Below are positions 13,155 to 27,101 of a DNA stretch of 64,000 bases, piece by piece. Source of the stretch: Eledone cirrhosa. Taxonomy: Eukaryota. Within the stretch, counting starts at the first letter, position 1. Each line of letters begins with the position of its first letter. The notes below the pieces were generated by a model, which was not told where the DNA came from, ran no database searches, and was given only the letters and a program-made list of their open reading frames with translations. The stretch spans positions 62,868,001 to 62,932,000 of the forward strand of contig OZ024747.1 in assembly GCA_964016885.1 (NCBI GenBank), written 5' to 3'. Made by a program: the position numbers and the translations under genes.

Positions 13155-13235
13155 TGTCTCCTGATGAGTCTGTTACTCTGGGTACATCCTAACAATAGGA
13201 TATCTAACAATACGGACGAAACCATGGTAGAGATG
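13155..13235 (+). ncRNA. Type I hammerhead ribozyme with extended stem II
   Basis: tgtctc CTGATGA gtctgt..(nested hairpin)..acggac GAA accatggt a gagatg; canonical core, palindromic stem III, predicted cleavage after GUA at 13229; lies in a ~500-bp unique segment (13000-13518) between (TA)n tracts. Confidence 0.85.
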
Positions 13236-14183
13236 TAATTACGGTATGTACACGTTTCTTCTAAGTTTAAATTTACACCTAATTGTGTATGGTTAACGGT
13301 ATATTTAGTCAGTTTCTACATGCTGTTGAAATGTTTGATAAATACTCTATTGGGGTCACCGCGAAGAGGCCGCTTTCGGTTATTTGTTGAAAATTTCTTC
13401 ATAGCAGCCTTTATTCTTATAGCCTGGTCTAATTGATTTTTTATACGGTTAATTATGCTAATTGGGAGGAGAAATGGTATATATTTTATCTAATAATTCT
13501 AAGGACATGATTTATGATATATATATATATATATTTAAATATATTTATATTTAAATAGCTCTGTAGCATACATAGGGCACTCTCCTTTCCTTTACCCTTT
13601 CTACGGAAATACTTCATATATTCAGACCAGGTCCGCATACAGAAGAGCCAAACTCCCACTGTCATCTCCTCCATCTCTCCTGCCCTCCCCATCTCTCTGT
13701 ATTATGAGCAAATGGAGTTCCACGTGCTGGCTGCCCCATGGCCCCAGCGGACAGAGTGGAGAAGGCGTTTAAGGGAGATGCACTGGAAGCAACACATGAT
13801 TGTGATATGATTGGCTGTTGTTAAATAATTATACTCAGCACTTGTTAGATAATACTCATGAGTTCAATACATGACAAGGTCATTAGGCAAAGTTGATCTT
13901 GGTAGGATTTGAACTTAGAATATATAGAACTGGTATAAATTTCAACATATGTAAAGTGAACATGACCACAAAAGATAAATTACACGAGAAGACATTGAAG
14001 TAATGTTATTTCTTCCTACCTACGACACTTCAATGGATTTATTATATAGAATATCTTCATTGTTTCAGCCATAAAGACGCACCATATATGTGTATAACCA
14101 TACACATACTAGAAGAAATGATAGCATTGCTTCTGGAAAATCAATGAAAAATAAAAGCAAACTTTACAATAAACTAAAATAAT

Positions 14184-14365
14184 AAATATACTAAAAGAAA
14201 TATATATATATATATAAAAGAAATATACTAAAAGAAATATATATATATATATAAAAGAAATATACTAAAAGAAATATATATATATAAAATAAATATACTA
14301 AAAGAAATATATATATATATATAAAATAAATATACTAAAAGAAATATATATATATATAAAATAAA
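14184..14365. repeat. AT-rich minisatellite, ~33-37-bp unit aaatatactaaaagaaa(ta)n-aaag
   Basis: Five tandem units visible. Confidence 0.85.
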
Positions 14366-14680
14366 GTAAAACTATAATGAAAATAAACTAAATTGAAATG
14401 ATTCCATAACTGTGAAGAACGAACAGTTTTAAGTAATAGAAATATTAACTACACACACAACAAATGGGAATAATAATAATAATTGTCTCTTTATGAATAT
14501 TATGAAATTCTTTTCTATGTTGCTTTAACAAATCTGTAATGTTCTGCACACCAAAGTAACAAAACAAAACAAAGCAAAAAGAAAAAAAACAAGACAACTA
14601 AAGTATATGAACGACAAAATACTTAAATCAAAACTAAACACAACTATTATTTTTCTTTTGTCTGTTGTCAAAGATTGCAT

Positions 14681-14856
14681 ACTACTACTACTACTACTAC
14701 CGCCGCCGCCGCTGCTGCTGCTACTGCTGCTGCTACCATTACTACTACTACCATTACCATTACTACTAGCAGCAGCAGCACCACCACTACTACCACCACC
14801 ACCACCACTACTACCACCACCACCACCACCACTACTAACAACAACAGCAACAACAA
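14681..14856. repeat. Compound trinucleotide microsatellite (ACT/CCG/CTG/ACC/AAC)
   Basis: Direct reading; explains the homopolymeric ORFs in several frames. Confidence 0.9.
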
Positions 14857-15791
14857 TATACATTATTCTTTTCCATCAGCCTGTCTATTGATTACATAAC
14901 TATGGCAGTGATATGAATATTGGATAACATTATTTCCTGTTGCTTTTGTTACATATTTTTCACTGAATTAGATTTATATTTGTATTTAAACACTTTCTTA
15001 ATCATTTTGTTTCCTCTTTTTCCATTCAGTATTTCAGTGTTGTTGGTTCCCATTAAAAATGAATCCCCTCTTCATTTTATGAGTCCCTTAGAAATTATGG
15101 AAATGACTAGAAAACTGAAATATAATATTTCATTCATACTTTTGCTTGGAGCACCACTTTGAAGGGATTTAGTCAGTGATATCAACACCCCAGTACATGA
15201 TTCTTTAAATCTGGTACTTATTTTATGGAGGAAGGGGTTCTTTTTGTTGAACCTCTGTCTATGTTATAAACATATAGACAGAAACAAACATAAACACATA
15301 CATGGACACACACACATGTACACATATATACACATGATATTGAAACAATTGGAATATGCCAATAAGGTTTGTACTTATGCTGCAACACTGATTTGATTCT
15401 TTTTAATCTATTTATACTCTAAGGATTACAGCTGCCTTAACTCTGGAATACAATCCAAATGAGACGGACCTCATAACAGCAATGAATGCTTCAAACAGAG
15501 CACTACCTGTAACTATAGTTACACACCTAACTAACATATACACATACATGTATGTGATAATGATGAGCTTCTATGGTGATGTTTGTATGGATTTATAACT
15601 CCTGATGGACTTGTTGAGGTACTGTCATGGCATATAGTGTGTATTTGGCATTTTCAACCTTTTCCAAGCTTCTATCAAATTTCTCACACAAGGCACTCTT
15701 CAACTTGTGGCTATAATAGAAGAGTGCCACACAGTTTGGCTGAACTCCAAACTGCCTGCATGGTTGCAAATCAAACTCCTTAACCACACAG

Positions 15792-16137
15792 CAGGGCCAG
15801 ATTTAATGGGGGAGCAAAGGGGGCAATAGCCCTGGGCTCCTTGCAGTTGGGGGCCTCACCAGTGACGGCCATAGCAATTTATTTGTGCCCTCAGCTGCAC
15901 TTTTTTGTTTTAGGCTGATTAGAATTTTTGAATTTAATACCTGTATGATTAACTTTTCAATTCCAATTACGCCAAGCTAACTTTGATATGTAAAGTTGGT
16001 CGTTTACTGTGTATTCTAATTGTTTGTGTATGAGGGACCCCCCCCAAACCTGAATATCCCCCCCCCCAAACTTGAAGTGTCCTGGGCCCTCCCAAACCTG
16101 AAATGCCCTGGGCCCCCAAGGTCAAAGTCCAACCCTT
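15792..16137. mobile_element. Possible hAT-type non-autonomous element
   Basis: Starts cagggccagattt, ends aagtccaaccct (degenerate inverse), with repeated gccctgggc subterminal motifs. Confidence 0.45.
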
Positions 16138-16524
16138 TCACATGGCCATACCTACACTTATTGCTAAATATTTTTCACTGAATTATATTTATATCGATGG
16201 AACATGGGACCATACATAAGCAAGAAACAGATCCCTGGCTTGCTTAGGAGATCAGTTGCTCTGCTTCACTATGGACTTGGTCTATATAGACCTGCCAGAC
16301 CATTGCTAGCAGGGAAAGCGGACATTAAAATGACGATGATGACTTGTATTTAAAACTTTCCTTATCATTTCTTTCTCTCATTTTTTATTCTTTTATCTTC
16401 ATTTTTTTCTTTCTATCAATCTTTAATGTAGCTGATCCTCATTAAAACTTTGCCCCCACCTTTAGCCACATTTCATAAACAGTTTTCTTGAAATGATGGA
16501 AATTAATAGAAAACAAAACAAAAA

Positions 16525-16713
16525 TAATTGTTTCTACATTTGGCACAAGGCCAGCAATTATCCCAGTGTATTACTGGTGCTTTATTTTATCGACCCCATA
16601 AGGATGAAAGGCAAAGTTTACCTCGGCGTGATTTGAACTCAGACCATAAAGGGACGTAACTCTTTGCTGCAAAGCATGGCATCCGACCCTCTACCAATAC
16701 TGCCAATCCACCG
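16525..16713 (-). mobile_element. Family B (Nin-like) SINE, full length
   Basis: High similarity to 40211-40394 and 47658-47842; possible TSD aaaataat. Confidence 0.9.
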
Positions 16714-16789
16714 AAAATAATGATTCTTCAACAAATTGAAAATAAATAACGGAATATTTAGAAACTGCAATAATATCAACAGATAAAAA

Positions 16790-17250
16790 CTACACCCGCA
16801 TGCACGCACACTCACACATGCTCATACACACACACATGCTCACACACACACAAATACATGCACACACATGGTCATACACACACACACACACATGCACGCA
16901 CGCACACGTGCACACACACATGCGCACACACACATGCATGCACGCTCACACATGCTTGCACACACACGCTCACACACACATGCATGCTCACACACATGCA
17001 CTCACACACGTGTATTCACACATATACACACACATACACGCATAAATTCTCATAGCCACACCACATGAATTACACTCACACATACATGCATACTGGCACA
17101 AGCACACAAACACATTCATTCTCACACACATACACTAACATGCAAACTGCACACAATGTGCACACTCACATAGACTACACACACACATACACACCAACTA
17201 CACACACACACAGCACACATCGACTGTATAAACACACACACACACATAGA
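16790..17250. repeat. Degenerate (CA)n microsatellite field
   Basis: Direct reading. Confidence 0.9.
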
Positions 17251-17597
17251 ACATAGGCTGTTCATCTAATTACTGAATCAATACCCAGTTTAACATGTAA
17301 TAAATTCTCCTCTTCAGAACAAAACAATAGGAAATGTAAATCAATCTTCTTTTACCTCAGTATATTACAGGTAGTCAGTGAATTATATTATCAACTCTAG
17401 AATGATGAATTGCAAAGTTGACCTCAGTTGAATTTGAACTGAGAATGAATACCACAAAATTGCAAAGTTGACCTCAGTTGAGTTAGAACTCAGAACAAAT
17501 AGCCCCAAATTATTTATCAGATGCTCTTCTGATTCTGCCATGGTACTACTCTTAACAGTAATACTAATAACAAATGTTCATCATTTTGTCATGTTGA

Positions 17598-17925
17598 ATC
17601 ATCATCATCATCATTTTTACATCCGCTTTTCTATGTTTGCATGGGTTGGACGGGTCCTTCTCAGCACGGCATCTCTCCACTTGTCATCTTCCTTCATCAT
17701 CATCTCTTTCAGTTTTAGTGATTTGAGGTCAGCTCTCATAACCTCTGCCCAGGTCTTTCTTGGTTATCCTTTACTGCGGCTTCCTTCCAATGAGATTTCC
17801 CAGCATTTCTTCACCCTTTCATTATTGTCCACGTCCATCACATATCCATACCAACAGTCTTCCATCCTGAGAATTACATTATGGGTACATGTCTGTGGAA
17901 TCCTCAACCACTTGCATGCTAATTT
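17598..17925 (-). pseudogene. RTE LINE 3'-end fragment
   Basis: Minus strand WYGYVMDVDNNERVKKCWEISLEGSRSKG, tail aaagcggatgtaaaaa(tga)n; homologous to 48007-48350. Confidence 0.85.
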
Positions 17926-19135
17926 AACGAATAGGCTATTACATTGATAAAAAAAAAAGAATGTAACACACATTGTTGAAAGCAATAGAGGTCCATCACA
18001 TCCCAATGTAGAAAATTAATGGTTTAGAATACTAAGATGAAGTGAGATGGAAATTGTGTGAAGATGATGTATTTCCTAATGAATATAAGTAATGTATGCT
18101 TAGTAAAATGGCTACTGGCTGAGAAATGATGATGCATCATTTTATATAAGAGGGAAAATATTCTATTTGTTTAGATATTCTCTGAGCTATATATACTACA
18201 GTAAAAAAATATACAGGCTCCTCATAGCAATTAACTGAATCCATTTTAGTTGTATATTGAGGCTATTTCACTGCAATTTCTCTATTAATATCTTTGGGAA
18301 AGTCATAAACACCACTGCAATGGTTTCTGACTAATGAAATCAAAGTAATATTCTGGATGTTCTAGAAACACCAATTTCTTCTCAGCAAATATATGAAATA
18401 TATCCTTTTATTTTTTGCTGTTTTTGGTTTATTCAGGAATATTATATTCTTGCATCTTTTTGGGTTCCTTTATTCACTTTATTTGTAATTTTTCTTGTTT
18501 GTCATACTATACATGAGATTGAGCAATACCACCATAAAACAGTTTCTCTTTAATTGAAATCTTGTTGTTTATTCAGAATTCTGTATGAAATAAATGAGTT
18601 TTTTTGTTGGAAGCAAGAGTTGGGAGAGGGATTATTTTCTTATTTGAGAATGAAAGAATAGAATAGTAATGCTAAGTTTTATATCCACAAAAACCAGATG
18701 ACAGAAATAAGAATAATATAATGATATTAATAATGTATTGAATAGGACAAGATGAAATTAACAATGAAGGATCTTTAGTGTAGAAAGACAAAAAAAAAAG
18801 AAGAAAATTCTATATGAATTTATTTATTCCATATGTTGTGTGAAACATTTACACAATTTAATTTCCCAGAAGTATTTGTTGTCAAGCAAACATTATAACA
18901 TTCTCCATCATGAACTTAGTGGTAGTCTTAGTAACTGTAATAATCTTGTAGATACATTAAGCTTTTAATATCTATACTTCTTTGGACAAAAAGATATAAC
19001 TGTTGAAAAATTAAGTGTAAATAGAAATAAGAAAAGAGAAGAATAAATATATGGTGCCATTTAGCTAAAGGAAGACAAATAAATGTCTGAATATAAGGTA
19101 ATGAAAATAGCATAGCATCTTCAGTATTTAGATTT

Positions 19136-19330
19136 CTGTAGATCCAGAACAGTAAGTGTGGAGGCCCAAGGGCTAAGTTCAAAATTTCAAGTATTTTAAA
19201 TTCATAATAGATATATATGCTATTGGATATCCTGTAGGTCCATAAAGGTAGGTGTAGAGGCCCAACTGCTAAGTTCAAAATTTCAAGTATTTTAAATTCA
19301 TAATATATATATATATGCTATTGGATATCC
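19136..19330. repeat. Tandem duplication, ~96-bp unit x2
   Basis: ctgtag..gaggcccaa..gctaagttcaaaatttcaagtattttaaattcataata..atgctattggatatcc occurs twice head to tail. Confidence 0.85.
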
Positions 19331-19536
19331 ATCCCTCCTTAAATATAAGCATTTCTCACTTTCAATTGTTATTCTCACTGGGAGGGAATAATAGTTCTGA
19401 GGGTCTGTAGGGAAATTCACTGAAATAAACAGGGTCCTTGGTAGTAAAAAGTTTGGGAAGTGGTGCAAATATTGATATGAGTAGGCATTAACATAAAAAA
19501 AAACCTATATTCAACTATGTTCTCTGTATTATTGCA

Positions 19537-19727
19537 GTGGATTGGCAGTATCGGTAGAGTGTCGGACACCATGCTTCACTGCATAGAGTTCCGGCCATTT
19601 ACGTTCTGAGTTTTAAAAACTCCTCCATGGTCAGCTTTGCTTTCATCCTTCCAGGGTCAATAAAATATTTAATCGACTCTCTCCTCCCCGAAAATTCTTG
19701 GTCTTGTGCTTAAATCGGAAACCATTA
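19537..19727 (+). mobile_element. Family B SINE, diverged
   Basis: gtggattggcagtatcggtagag head and ttgctttcatccttccagggtcaataaaat block. Confidence 0.75.
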
Positions 19728-21549
19728 TTGTGGTTTTTACACTTTTAGAGAGGACCACTTATTCTGGTAGTGTCAGCAGTGAAGAACTGTTTGGAAATCA
19801 TATGATACTGTTGTCTTTTTGTCCCATTCTTGTTATTAGACTATATTATTTAGTAAATGTTAGAGAGAACCTTCTATTTCTATTTCAATTCTAAACTTGA
19901 ATACTCACCATGTTCCAAACATACCTCCTTTGTTTACATATTGCTAAGTTATAGCTTTTAGAAATAATGCAAAAAGCTGAGTTGATTCATTGACATAATG
20001 GTAGCGTACTCGTCTGGCACATGTAAGGTGTAGGTTAGACCAAGGTGAGCACTTGATACACAGGTAGAGTGTATATTAAGAAAAATGAAGTTTCATTTGC
20101 ATGTTTTTTTTTTTTTGTGTATCGACTTGTTACACACGTTTCACAGATGATTGGCTCAGGGTCACCCATAGAAGTTATGGATCCAACTCCATTATTGATC
20201 TATTCCTCATACTGGTGATTGAAAAAAAGTATTTTGTATATATACAAAAAGTATTGTGTATATATACAAAAAGTATTGTGTAATATATAAAAGTCTTGTG
20301 TGTGTATATATATATAGATAAAATCTTACAACAAATCTTATTTGTTTCATCACAAAATGCTATATATTTGCATTCAGTTGTCTTCCTGGAAAATAATTCT
20401 AGTAATTCACTCTAAGCCCCTGCATTTGCAGTTGAATTAAAATGCTAGCTGTTATTCTGCCAGGCCAAACTGTGAAGAATGCATTAAAAGTGAAAGATAT
20501 AATGCATCAAAACCAACCAGATATGACAAATATTAGCTTTAATTTAAACAAGGAAAGGAGTGGTCAATATTAGGGTGTGAGATATCGATTTCTTATCAAT
20601 TTAATTCTATAGACATTCAGGTAAGCACACAAACTTAATGGAGTCTTGTAAATTTATTCAAAATGGATTAGCTTAATATTTGAAGTAACTAATTGAAAAT
20701 TTTGTTCTATAATTTTGATATTTCAGTCCAAAGTAACTTATAGCCTAGTGGTAATATGGCATTTTATAAGGTATCTTTAATCAGCTAAGAAATATTAATC
20801 AAAGGATTTATAGTAAAGTATTCTGATAACATTTAATTACTTAATGAATTTTGCCTGAAGACTTAATCAGTGTATTATGAGATATGTCCATAGTGTAGAT
20901 TTTTCTCTCTTTGTTTAATAATTATGGATCAAATCTACCAGAATGCTATGTTTGACATACAACATCTCCTGCAGATGTTATCCAACAAACAAGTCCATGT
21001 ATGGATCTCTGATTCACATTTATGATGTTGTAAGGTGTTGTTGTCTCTGCCTTTGCTGGCCATGTCACTCACCAAGAACCTGCTGGAAGATTGCCCCTGT
21101 GGATTCTGGAAGCAGAGATACTGATTGGCTGGCTGTATTGAACTCATTGAACTCAATCATTGAGAAGGATACAAGCCTCAAAGAAAGATCTGCATGCTGC
21201 AATGTTTAACTAAGGACTCTGGAGCTCAAAATTTGTCAATGCCTCACCATTGTATGATTTAAGAACAACAACTATGGATCAAATCCTGGAATGGTACAAT
21301 GAGTTCTAAATAGAATATCTCATATGATGTTCTATGTATTCTCTGTGAATCTAGTTTAGAATAAATACACCATATCCCTGCATGCTGTATGAGGTATCTG
21401 AAAGTGTTGGCAACAAAATGAGCATCCTGTTTTAAAACAATTCCTCAAAAAGAACCCTATAGTGAGAATGAAGGGTTTCATGGGTCTTGGAAGACTAAAC
21501 CCTGCTTTAAGAAAGATGATCTTATAATGCCAACCTTACTTATGGTCAT

Positions 21550-21960
21550 TAATCTTAGGTAATGACTGAAAGAATACGACTTTGAATACAAGCAGCCAAA
21601 ATGGGGTTCCTCTAAAGGGTCTTTAGAATGACGTTACTTGCTCGGAGATCAGAAAGTCACTCAAGTTAGAGCTGCTACTTATTTGAGATGAGAGATCATG
21701 GCTCTGATATTAAGGTGTGCGGTTAGAATATCACAGGAAAGAATCGCTGGATGGATTTTTATGGGCAAATCCAACCGGCAGGAGACCCAGGGTTAGACCC
21801 TGATCAAGCTGGTTGGATAACATCTATGAGATCAGCTAGTCTTGCTTTGTGTACCAGCTGGATCAGTTGGAGATGGTTGCTAGTGATAAGACCCACTGGA
21901 AGGAGTGTTTTGAGGACTCTGCACCTGAGACCCTCTCAATAATGAGTGGGTGAAGAAAAA
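21550..21960 (+). pseudogene. Decayed LINE (RTE-like) 3' fragment; related piece at 22590-22840
   Basis: ggagacccagg.(g/t)tagaccc (RPRGRP-like motif) and ggagtgttt..gaggactctgc shared between the two loci. Confidence 0.55.
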
Positions 21961-23059
21961 GAAATTGTCATCATGAAAAGGGTTAGTTACTGTGAGAAGT
22001 AGCATTATCTAATGTTTCAAGCAAATCTAAAAGTATCTGAAATATTTGATATTCCTCTATTCAGTATATTGATATACATCATTTTTTTTTTACTTCTAAA
22101 TATTGATTCTTGCCAATGTTGACCAATATTCTAAAATTCTTGTGATTTTATTCAATTATTTGTTCCTCTCTAATTGGTTCAGACAGTTAACAACTCCCAT
22201 TTGTAGAGTGCCACATTCATATTTTGGCAAAAAAACAACAAAACTGTTTTTTATATCTCACGAGGCCTGAATTCAATTAAAGAATGATGAGGAAGGGTAA
22301 TTATAGATGATACTGTCAGGATTATTCTACAAGGGCATCAAATGGCCCCACCATCTTTGGAGACACAACTGCCATGATGATAATATTAATGGTTTCTAAT
22401 TTTGGCAAAAGCTCAACAATTTTGTGAGGAATGGGAAAGTTGATTATATCAAGTACTTGACTGGTACTTTATTTTATCAACACAGGAAGAATGAAAGACA
22501 AAGTTGACTTCAGCATATTTTGAACTCAGAATATAAAGAGTTCTAACAAAATGCCACAAAGTATTTTGTCTGACATTGTAATGATCCCCATGGGCATGTG
22601 GTTTGAATGTCTCAGGAAAGAATGGCTGGACAGATTTTACGGGAAAAACCAACATGTAGGAGACCCAGGGGTAGACCCCTAGCATCATGGTTAGATAGCA
22701 TCCATGAGCTTGGCTGGTCATGCTTGGGGATCTAGTTGAATCAGTTGGAGATGGTTGCTTCTGACAGGACCTGCTGGAAGGAGTGTTTGAGGACTCTGCT
22801 CCCATGACGCTCTCAGGAATAAGTGGGAGAAGAAGAAGATTGTAATGAGTCTCCTAATCCATGATAATAGTAATAACAATAAATATTTTTATGGTTTCTA
22901 AGTGTGGTGGATTGGCAGTAATCGGGAGAGCGTGGGACAATATGCTTTGCAGTATAAAGTTATGGCCCTTTACCTCCTGTGTTCAAATCCTACCAAAAAA
23001 ATCATAAACAAATCTATTTCAAATAACAACAGTACAGATATTTAAAAACAGAAAATGAA

Positions 23060-23830
23060 GGGAAAGGCTCTAGGATCGCAGAAGAATGGAAGAGGAAAGG
23101 GGAGGGTGATGGGCTCTGGGCCTCGGATGCAGCAGTGTTGGGGCTGTGCCCCACGGACATGACCGCAAAGGCATTTCTGCAGGCAATAGCCACCCAACCT
23201 CACTGGGCTCCTTTCTCAGACAGGCTGCTGACACTCTGATCTTGCAGTGGAGCTCTGCAGTATGGGGTCCAAGTATTCCTGAGGTCCCAATGGCAACCAG
23301 TGCGAAGAGGAAGTGGCCGGATAAAAAGCAGTATTTGTTTGTCTTCCTTTCCTCGGCAATGAAGGCCACTGTACAGGGGAAGTTGAAGAGTAAGAATGTA
23401 TCACATCATGTGGTGTCCCAGATGAGGAATCTACCTCCTTTGAATGGAAGAAGGTAATTACATTGGGGCACTTGCTGTCTCTGTTGTCAAGGCCTGCTGG
23501 CTCCAGTTTTGATGGGAAGCCAGCTGAATCCAGGCTCCTTCTCAATATATCATTGAGGGCTGCCTGTCAGGGGAACCAGCCTGTGCTCTAGTGGCAGGAT
23601 AGTGGATGTAGGCCAAACTTGTGAAGGAGTGCCCTGCAACAGCATTTATATGGCTAACACATATGGAGGGCGAGGTGTTGGGCCTTTCTGATGTGTGTGC
23701 ACTCATCATCAAGAAGGGTACAGGTTGATGAGGTGGGCACTAAATTAAGCTACGCACCACTGTTTGACTGTGAAGCAGCGTGGAAGCAGGTGAGGCGGTG
23801 CTGCTCCAAGCCAGACTTGATCTGTCTGAA
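23060..23830 (-). mobile_element. GC-richer decayed retroelement-like segment, family unresolved
   Basis: Sharp compositional contrast with flanks; its 3' part recurs at 9765-9945; no diagnostic motif readable. Confidence 0.4.
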
Positions 23831-24654
23831 TGAACACCTGCATATGATGTCTCAGTTAGGTTTGAGCCTAGAAACTTATCAGACTGAAGCTTATCCTGGT
23901 TTCATGTGGTGTGAAGCTTCATCAGACCTTGTGTCCTTCTGTTTCATTATTGTGAAATAATTTAGCCCATTTTTTTTAACCCCAGACTAGACATGACTAA
24001 GCACACCTATGATAAATTCCAGCTATAACCAAACTCTTTTTATTTAATTAAAAAAAAATCCTTGTGTGTCTCAGGCACATCAGAATTATCCACTGCCTTT
24101 TTCTTTTCTTCAAGATATCAAGTTGTAATTTAGAGTAGATTTGGGCCTGCTATTGGGCTAGCAGATTGAACAACTATTTAGAGGCTCCCTGAGATAAAGT
24201 GTTTTAATCATTATTGATGCAATATTCTCAAATGTACTTCAAAGTATTTCAGCCACTTTATATTTCTCCTTTATTTATGTTGTTGTTTTCATTTGTCATG
24301 GTGATTGTTGTTGATATTGTTTTCATTGTAGGTGTAAATGTTATTGTAGTTCTTATTATTGTAGGTGTAATTGTCATTGTGTTTCTTGTTGTTATTGTTG
24401 TTCTTGTTCTTGTTTCTGCTATATTTCTCTGTATAATGTTCAATTAAATGTTCAAAGATTTTTCCCAAACCAAACTGAAATAAAGATATGTTTTCCTATT
24501 GTAATATTCATTTCAAAACACCTGGTGTCTTTTAACATTCTACTGAGAATCAATCCTCTGCTGCAAATAGATTTACCTTGAGAAAAATGTGTGTATACTT
24601 GTATACATATATATATATATAATGTGTGTGTGTGTATATAATGATTATATATAA

Positions 24655-25020
24655 TGATTATGAGCACAAGTGTTTCAGAAAGTTGCTACACATCACGTAC
24701 ATGGAGCATAAAACTAACAGCATTGTCAGGCAACAAGTTAATAAATATGCTGGCAGACAGGAAACAGTCCTTGCAATAGTGAAAAGATGGAAGCTTGCCT
24801 GGTATGGTCATATATCATGATAAATCTCCTTGTCAAAAACCATCCTTAGAGGCACTGTCGATGGAGGGGGAAGAAAAGGCAGGCAAAGAAAATCCTGGCA
24901 ACATCAAACACTGGACTAGTAACAACACCGAGATTCTTCTATGCATGACGGAGAATAGAAACCAATGATGACAACTGACAGCAAAAGTGTCTAGAGTGAC
25001 TCCCCAACAACTGACTGCAC
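24655..25020 (+). pseudogene. RTE-clade LINE 3' fragment, second family
   Basis: YEHKCFRKLLHITYMEHKTN..VRQQV..LAIVKRWKLAWYGHIS then G.RKGRQRKSW-like sequence; ends at (TA)n. Confidence 0.8.
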
Positions 25021-25037
25021 CAATTCCAGGGACATGA

Positions 25038-25394
25038 CGATATATATATATATATATTGGTATGGATTCAGTAAGAAACTGGTTAGACCATGACTTACCA
25101 GAGTACTCGATACTTGGAGAAGTAGAGTATGGTTATAAGAATGAGTCAGAACCCCGATGGCTGAGCTCTTGCCATTTCAACAGCTAATTCCAGACTGAAT
25201 TACAAATGCATTGGCGGTTAAGTAGCTGTTTTGTCAAGATGTGTCAATTAGTCCAACTAAGGGCATACATTGTTTATCCAATTGTGAAGAATTTTTACAA
25301 AAGTATCTGGTTTGTTGACACCTGATGAAACAGCTCCTTAACCACCATGTATTTGCAGTTCAGTCTGGAACTAGCTGTTGAAACAGCAAGAGCT
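25038..25394. mobile_element. Fold-back element (family F) with decayed long-stem-II hammerhead motifs
   Basis: Arms ~25164-25247 and 25315-25394; right arm CTGATGA aacagct..agctgtt GAAAC; tail 25038-25160 is the reverse complement of the tails at 37845-37955 and 57250-57355. Confidence 0.7.
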
Positions 25395-26734
25395 ATTTTC
25401 TCTTAATATTTATAATTGATATATTAAGAGAGAATATGTAAAATATACCTAATTTTCGTCCAAGGTCCTGACTGCACAGCTTTGTCGATTGGTATGCAGG
25501 TATAAGGCAATGAAAATGCACTAGGTCTGTGAGATTATTGGCTCCTCAAGAGACTCCTCAAGTAAAAGAACTAATTCTTGAACTGACTGTTTTATATATA
25601 TATATACACACATAGTAATAATAATAAATGTGAAGATCCCATTTCAGAAGATCCCGTTAAGAGTGAAAGCAGAGATTCTTTGCTTAAACTTTAATCCGTT
25701 ATTTTAATAAATATGTATATATATACATACATAGTAAAGGTGCGTGGCTTAATCGTTAGAAAGTTTGATTCTCAATCATGAGGTTGCAAGTTTAATTCTC
25801 GGATTGGGTGATGCGTTATGTCCTTGAGGAAGACATTTTATTTCATATTGCTCTTTCTGCCAGGAGTTGCGACCAGTAGATAGCATCAGCAATGGAAAGA
25901 CCAATGGAAACATTGTTTCCTTGGTCCAATTTGATGAGGTCCACCCCATTCAGCAAGTGAATGAGGGCTGAGATCTTGTTGATCAATCAGAATGACACAT
26001 ATATAGTGTATATTGTATATTTTTGCAAGTATCATTTAACAGAAAGAGAATATATTTGTGCTGTGTATATATTTTTATATATTATTGGGACATGTTGCCA
26101 ACAATATTGGTTTACACATTGAAAAGAAACAAAAAAAAAACAACAAAACAAGTGACAAAAGCTGTTTACACAGTTGAATGTATATGACAATGTGTCTGTG
26201 TATGTAGGGATCTAAAGGGAGTTGGGTTTGACAAGATAACATAAAACTATCTTATCTCATTAACAGCCAAATACTGTTGTCAATGACAATCATTCTGATA
26301 TCTCAATGATCCAGTATATCTAGCTAGAAATTATTGCCATTGGTTCTGCTATACACTTGAAACAATAGCTACAGTCATCATCATCATCATCATCATCATT
26401 GTCATCATCTGTAACAAACTATCCCACTTATGCTATCATGAAATGAGGATCGAAAATGCTGCTAACAATAGCTAGTCATGATGACGGCGACAACAGCAAC
26501 AATGATGATCATCATCATCGTCTATAACAACAAACTATCCCACCTATGCTATCATGGAATGAGGATGTAAAATGATGCTGCCTCTGCTGATGATGATGAA
26601 TATGACATTATTGTCAAGATCCAATAGTTTGTACGTGTGTGTATATATATATATGTGTGTGTGTGTGTGTTCTGTAAAGAATTATTTCAAATATTGAAAT
26701 ATCTTTTTTTTTTATCTAATTCATAATGTGAATT

Positions 26735-27071
26735 GGAGGCACATGGCTTAGTGGTTAGAGCATTGGTCTTGCAATCGAAAGGTTGTGAGTTCAATTCTCA
26801 GACTGGGTGGTGTGTTGTTTCCTTGAGCAAGACACTTTATTTCACATTGCTCCAGTTTACTCAGCTGTAGAAATGAGATGATAGGGACTGGGGTCCATAT
26901 CATTCCACTGCAAAGTGGACGTGTAGGTGCCACGGCAAAAAAGCACCCAGTACTCACTGTAAATGAGGTTGGTGTTAGGAAGGGCATCCAGCTGTAGAAA
27001 TCAAGCCAGAATCAGTTCCCACCCTTGCAAGCAGGGAAAAAGCAGACGTAAAATGAAATGAAATGAATGAT
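26735..27071 (+). mobile_element. Family A SINE, full length
   Basis: Near-identical to 246-587. Confidence 0.92.
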
Positions 27072-27101
27072 AAATATAGGTGTATGTATGTATGTATATA
27101 T

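Noticed and set aside
14525-14899. Poly-Thr/Ala/Pro/Gly ORFs
   Set aside because: Compound trinucleotide microsatellite
20930-21310. Possible CR1/L2-type LINE 3' remnant
   Set aside because: Too decayed to assign from motifs by eye
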